A stretch of DNA of 64,000 nt from Polyangiaceae bacterium (GTDB lineage: Bacteria; Myxococcota_A; Polyangia; Polyangiales; Polyangiaceae). The position numbers and the translations under genes are program-made. Below are positions 60,088 to 64,000 of the stretch, one piece after another; position 1 is the first letter of the stretch, and the number at the start of each line of letters is the position of its first letter. Location of the stretch: positions 256,001 to 320,000 of the forward strand of contig CBDCTZ010000012.1 in assembly GCA_965222375.1 (NCBI GenBank), read 5' to 3'. Under the pieces are notes generated by a model. The model was not told the DNA's origin. It searched no databases and saw nothing but the letters and a program-made list of their open reading frames with translations.

Positions 60088-60918
60088 TCAGGGGTTGGCG
60101 CGTAGGGGCAGCACGTTTCGCGGATCGCAGACCACGGTCTTGGAGTTGTGTACCATGCGCCGCGGGCTGAGCTCCTTGGCGTCGACACCGTCGCGCACCC
60201 GTCGCACTTCTAGGTGCAGGTGCACGTCGCCGGGGCTGCCGCTATCGCCCACGAAGCCGAGCAGGGAACCCTCGCGTACGTTCATGCCTCGAGAAAGCCC
60301 TGGCGCTGGGCCGTCCAGGTGCCCATGCACCACCAGGTACTCCCGCAGGCGGCCCCCCTGCCGCACGCTGTGCCTCGTCACCACGGAGTTGCCGAAGAGC
60401 TCCCCCACGAGCACCACCTCTGCGTCGCCCACCTGATGTTCGAGATTCACGCTCCGCACCTCCGTGCCGCGAGGCTGCGCGATGTCGACTCCGCCGTGCC
60501 CTACGGCTTTGAGATGCGCGCCGCGGCGCTGAGAGCTGCTCGGTAGATCGAGATCGTAACCGCTGGACACGAAGGTCTGGTTCAGGGAGAGGGGGACCGG
60601 GAAGCGGTAGGCGCGGTAGCTCTTGCTCCGATCCGGCCGTCGGGGGATCTGCTCATAGCGGACCCAATTGCCGTGGCGGTCCCGATGCCTGTTCTCCTTG
60701 GCCTGCAGCGCGTCCCCACCCAGAGCCTCCGTGGGCACGGGGATACAACTTCTCCCGTCGGGTAGTGTTCCTGGTGGGCACACGCTCGACAGATCTCCCG
60801 CAGACGGGGAACCCTGACTCTGCGCCGTCGGCTCAGGGCCCCGTTCGCCGCGCTCCGCGGCGCCGGTGAGGGCGGTGAGGCCCGCACACAAAAGCGTGGC
60901 TTTGACCAGGGGATCCAC
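60088..60918 (-). CDS. M23 family peptidase, secreted
   Basis: HGGVDI, HGHL, GFVGDSG, VHLHLEVR. Confidence 0.88.
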   Translation of the reverse strand: MDPLVKATLLCAGLTALTGAAERGERGPEPTAQSQGSPSAGDLSSVCPPGTLPDGRSCIPVPTEALGGDALQAKENRHRDRHGNWVRYEQIPRRPDRSKSYRAYRFPVPLSLNQTFVSSGYDLDLPSSSQRRGAHLKAVGHGGVDIAQPRGTEVRSVNLEHQVGDAEVVLVGELFGNSVVTRHSVRQGGRLREYLVVHGHLDGPAPGLSRGMNVREGSLLGFVGDSGSPGDVHLHLEVRRVRDGVDAKELSPRRMVHNSKTVVCDPRNVLPLRANP

Positions 60919-61040
60919 AGGGGAAAAGGTTAGACTGCGCGTGGCAGATCACAAGCCGCTGCCGACGACTTCGGCCCGTTGTCGGCTCCTGGGGCCTTTG
61001 AGATTGCTTCCCCCAACCCGGGTTGATACGAGAAAGCGCC

Positions 61041-61862
61041 GTGCTTGAAAGCGGTGCTCTAAGCCCAGCAGATGCGGCGGTAATGGAAACCTTCGTGGTG
61101 CCCCGTTACCTCGCTTTTTTTGGCGAGCTCGCTATGGAGCTATTCCTCGCAGGGGAAGGGGCGCGGGTCGCGCACCTGGGCTGCCGTACCGGGTACCCGG
61201 ACCGCCAGCTGCATGAAAATGGCGGTCGCGCCGCCGTGGTCGGGGTCGACCCATCTCCCGCAGCGCTGGAGTTGGCTCGCAACAAAGTGGCGACTCTCGG
61301 CGACGTGCCCATCGAGTACGTCGAAGCGCACGGCTTTCCGACGGAGCTGGCCGACGCGAGCTTCTCTCATGCCATCGCGCTGCACCCAGTGGGCACCGCC
61401 GAGGAGCGAGAGGCCTTGCACCGCGAAATGCATCGCATCCTGTATCCAGGAGGGCAGGCGCTGCTGGCGGTGCCCCTCCGCGGTTCCTTCCAGGAACTAG
61501 GAGATCTGCTCCGAGAGTACGCGCTGAAGGCTGACGACGGCGAACTCGGAAGCGCGGTCGAGGAGGCCATGGCGACCCGGCACACGCTGGAAACGCTCTC
61601 CGAGGAGATCGAGAGTGCCGGGCTCGACGATGTGGATGTGGAAATCCGCCAGACCTTGCTTGCCTTCGACAGTGGGCGGGCGTTCATCGAAGATCCCGTG
61701 ACTCGCCTCTTGGTCATGCCCGAGGTCGAAACCTGGATGCCCGGTGTCGACATGGAGAAGCCTTGGGACTATGTGCGCGACGCCATCGACAAGTACTGGT
61801 CTGAAGGCAAGTTCGACCTGTCCCTGAACGTAGGTTGTGCCAGCGCCCGCAAGCTGGAATAG
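61041..61862 (+). CDS. Class I SAM-dependent methyltransferase-like protein
   Basis: RVAHLGCRTG (degenerate motif I), GVDPSPAALELAR, RILYPGG. Confidence 0.8.
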   Translation: MLESGALSPADAAVMETFVVPRYLAFFGELAMELFLAGEGARVAHLGCRTGYPDRQLHENGGRAAVVGVDPSPAALELARNKVATLGDVPIEYVEAHGFPTELADASFSHAIALHPVGTAEEREALHREMHRILYPGGQALLAVPLRGSFQELGDLLREYALKADDGELGSAVEEAMATRHTLETLSEEIESAGLDDVDVEIRQTLLAFDSGRAFIEDPVTRLLVMPEVETWMPGVDMEKPWDYVRDAIDKYWSEGKFDLSLNVGCASARKLE

Positions 61863-61868
61863 GGCCGC

Positions 61869-64000
61869 CTAGTAGCGGTACTGCCAAAGCAGGTCGAGGC
61901 CAGTGCCGAGGGTGCCGATTTCCGTGCGCAGGGACCAATTGCGGCGAAAACGCCAATCTACCGTGGTGGACACGTCCACGCGGTCAGCGCCCGTGGACGA
62001 TTGAACGGACTCTGCGCTCTGGCGGTAAGTGCCTTCCACCCAGACGTCCTCGACTATTTGTACCGCGACGGTGTGGGCCGACTTGTCCTCGTGGGAGGCA
62101 GTGCGCAACTCCACTTGACCCGGCAGGGCTCCGCTGAAGATCGCGTTCAGCGCACCGACCCCCGCCCCCGTTGCCAGGTCGCCCCCGCCGCCGAGCAGAA
62201 GTGCCATGGCTTCGTCTTCGGAATGGTCGGGGCTCGACACACGCAACCTAGCGTCCTTCAGGGTTCCGGTTACTTCCAGGTAGATGGTGCTGCCATCCGG
62301 TGCACGCCAGGAGGCGAGGGCGTTGAGGTGAGGATCTGCTGGATCTTCCGTGTCGAAGAGGACGCGCCCGTTCTCGATCACGAAGGACTTGCCGAGGGTC
62401 TGGATTCGCCCTCCCGCGCGCAGGTCCATGTACCCGGTCACGGCGACCTCGTTGCCCAGCTCGATGACGGGCTGTCCTGTCAGGCGCACCGCCAGGTCAT
62501 TGCGGGTCACTTTGACGTCACGACCCAGTTCGACCTCGAAGCGCCAGGGCAGCGCCCGCTCGCCGCTCAAGATAGTGGGCTCGCGCAGGGGCTGAACCAC
62601 GGCGACGTTTGGGTTGTCGCCCAATTGGATGACGTTGCGGGAGTTGGCCTGGGGTAGCCGAGCAGTCAGTTCCGGTACCTCGACCTTGACCAGCATGCGC
62701 TCGGGCTGTCGCTGTAGGGTCAAGGTCGCCGAGCCGTCAGCGGTAGCCTGACTGACGCCCTGCAGCAGAATCGGCACGCCGGGCTTCTTTGCCAGGGTCA
62801 GTGCCGCCATTCCGCTCTCTAGCCGAACTCCGTCAAAGAAGAGGGTGCCGGTAGCTTTGACGTTGTTCAACTCGGAGCGTGCCTTGCCTACGACGTCGCG
62901 AATGTCGATGGCAGTGTAGCGACCGGCTTCTCGGGCTTTCACGCTCGCGCTGAGGTCACGGATTTCCAGGCCCAACGGGGCGATTTGCAGCACTCCGTTG
63001 CGGAGCGCCGCGGAGCCGACGATCTTGCCGGTCCAATGGGTCTCCTTCTTCCGCTTTTCGGCAACGAGTGTGGCTGCCAAGCCGGCGTCGATGTCTCCGC
63101 CCAGACGGCTGAAGATGTCTCGCAAGAACGGTGAGAGCACCACTGCATCGAAGGAGCGGGCCTCCGCCGTGAGCCGGATGGGCCGATCTGCGTCCAGCTC
63201 CGGAGCGACCCCCTCCCACTTCACACCAGCACCAGCAGTCATGGACAAGCGGCTGTCGCGCTTGGTCAACTCTGCCTTGGCGGAGATTGTCTTGCCATCC
63301 GATCGTGCGAAGACGCTGCCCTTGCCGACGGGGACTCGGTCGACGGTGACGCCCAGGAGTTGGAGGTTCGCGCTGGCGAAGGGCAGGGCCGCTCCTTCTG
63401 GGCGCTGAAGGGCGATCGTGCCGCTCAAGGCGCCGGTCACGCGACCGTCCGCAAGAAAGGGCACCAGCCCCAGTGGTGCGCGCTCGAACACCATTTGAAC
63501 GCCGCCGGTCGGAGCGCTGCCGTCGAGGGGAGCGAGGCCTTTGCTGATCAGCCAAGCCGCGCGCCGATTCGACTGGGCCATTTCGGCGGTACCTGCGTAG
63601 CGTCCGGTTCTCGGTTCGTATTGGGCGGTGATTGCGACGTTCGCAGGCAACGCCAGGCGGCTGTGGGCCGCGCGGAGCCCGGTGAAGTTGATTCTCGAGC
63701 CGATCACCGGATCCTTGGGAGCGCCGACCCAGGTCAGCCGCGCCTGCACGCTGCCGTCGACAGCAGTGGTGGCAAGGGGCTCAGGCAACAGTGACAGGCG
63801 TCGCTCGGGAATCAGCAAGACGCCTTCCATCTTGGTTTCGCGCAACTGTTCCGCGAACTTGGCTGGCACTGCGATGAGGGCGTGCAGATCGAGCTTCGTC
63901 GAGCCGCTCAAGCTCGCGAGGGCACCGTGCGCATCGACCAGGCGCGTGGTGCCACTACTATCTCCAGAACCGCCATCAATTCCGCCGCCGACCTGCACGT
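61869..64000 (-). CDS. tamB: TamB (DUF490) family protein, C-terminal part
   Basis: Long beta-rich ORF; GKSFVIENGRVLF, DPHLNALA, LEVTGT, ALLLGG, C-terminal GLDLLWQYRY; 5' end outside the window. Confidence 0.85.
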   Translation of the reverse strand, partial: VQVGGGIDGGSGDSSGTTRLVDAHGALASLSGSTKLDLHALIAVPAKFAEQLRETKMEGVLLIPERRLSLLPEPLATTAVDGSVQARLTWVGAPKDPVIGSRINFTGLRAAHSRLALPANVAITAQYEPRTGRYAGTAEMAQSNRRAAWLISKGLAPLDGSAPTGGVQMVFERAPLGLVPFLADGRVTGALSGTIALQRPEGAALPFASANLQLLGVTVDRVPVGKGSVFARSDGKTISAKAELTKRDSRLSMTAGAGVKWEGVAPELDADRPIRLTAEARSFDAVVLSPFLRDIFSRLGGDIDAGLAATLVAEKRKKETHWTGKIVGSAALRNGVLQIAPLGLEIRDLSASVKAREAGRYTAIDIRDVVGKARSELNNVKATGTLFFDGVRLESGMAALTLAKKPGVPILLQGVSQATADGSATLTLQRQPERMLVKVEVPELTARLPQANSRNVIQLGDNPNVAVVQPLREPTILSGERALPWRFEVELGRDVKVTRNDLAVRLTGQPVIELGNEVAVTGYMDLRAGGRIQTLGKSFVIENGRVLFDTEDPADPHLNALASWRAPDGSTIYLEVTGTLKDARLRVSSPDHSEDEAMALLLGGGGDLATGAGVGALNAIFSGALPGQVELRTASHEDKSAHTVAVQIVEDVWVEGTYRQSAESVQSSTGADRVDVSTTVDWRFRRNWSLRTEIGTLGTGLDLLWQYRY

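Overview
GC-rich chromosomal window that looks myxobacterial (Polyangiales-like). This is inferred from a MYXO-CTERM protein, Myxococcus Cys-rich repeats, a Hanks kinase/PEGA pair, many Gly/Cys-rich lipoproteins and sigma54-type promoter matches. Housekeeping genes (yeaH, spoVR, kce, thrC-like, thiE, holB, uvrC, tamB, an acyl-CoA carboxylase) are interleaved with many secreted or lipoprotein genes. A complete IS21-family element (2385-5596, 6-bp target duplication CCTGGG) carries two overlapping, different-frame accessory ORFs ahead of istAB. The ORF track missed or split several items: the 5' end of a probable DUF222/HNH-type gene, two frameshifted Cys-rich lipoprotein genes, a 38-aa Cys-rich small ORF, and a four-helix-bundle gene with an in-frame TAG. 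That TAG begins an apparent 27-bp palindromic insert, and the gene sits among dispersed palindromic repeats. No rRNA, tRNA, CRISPR array or reverse transcriptase was seen. All family calls come from motif recognition by eye, not database searches.
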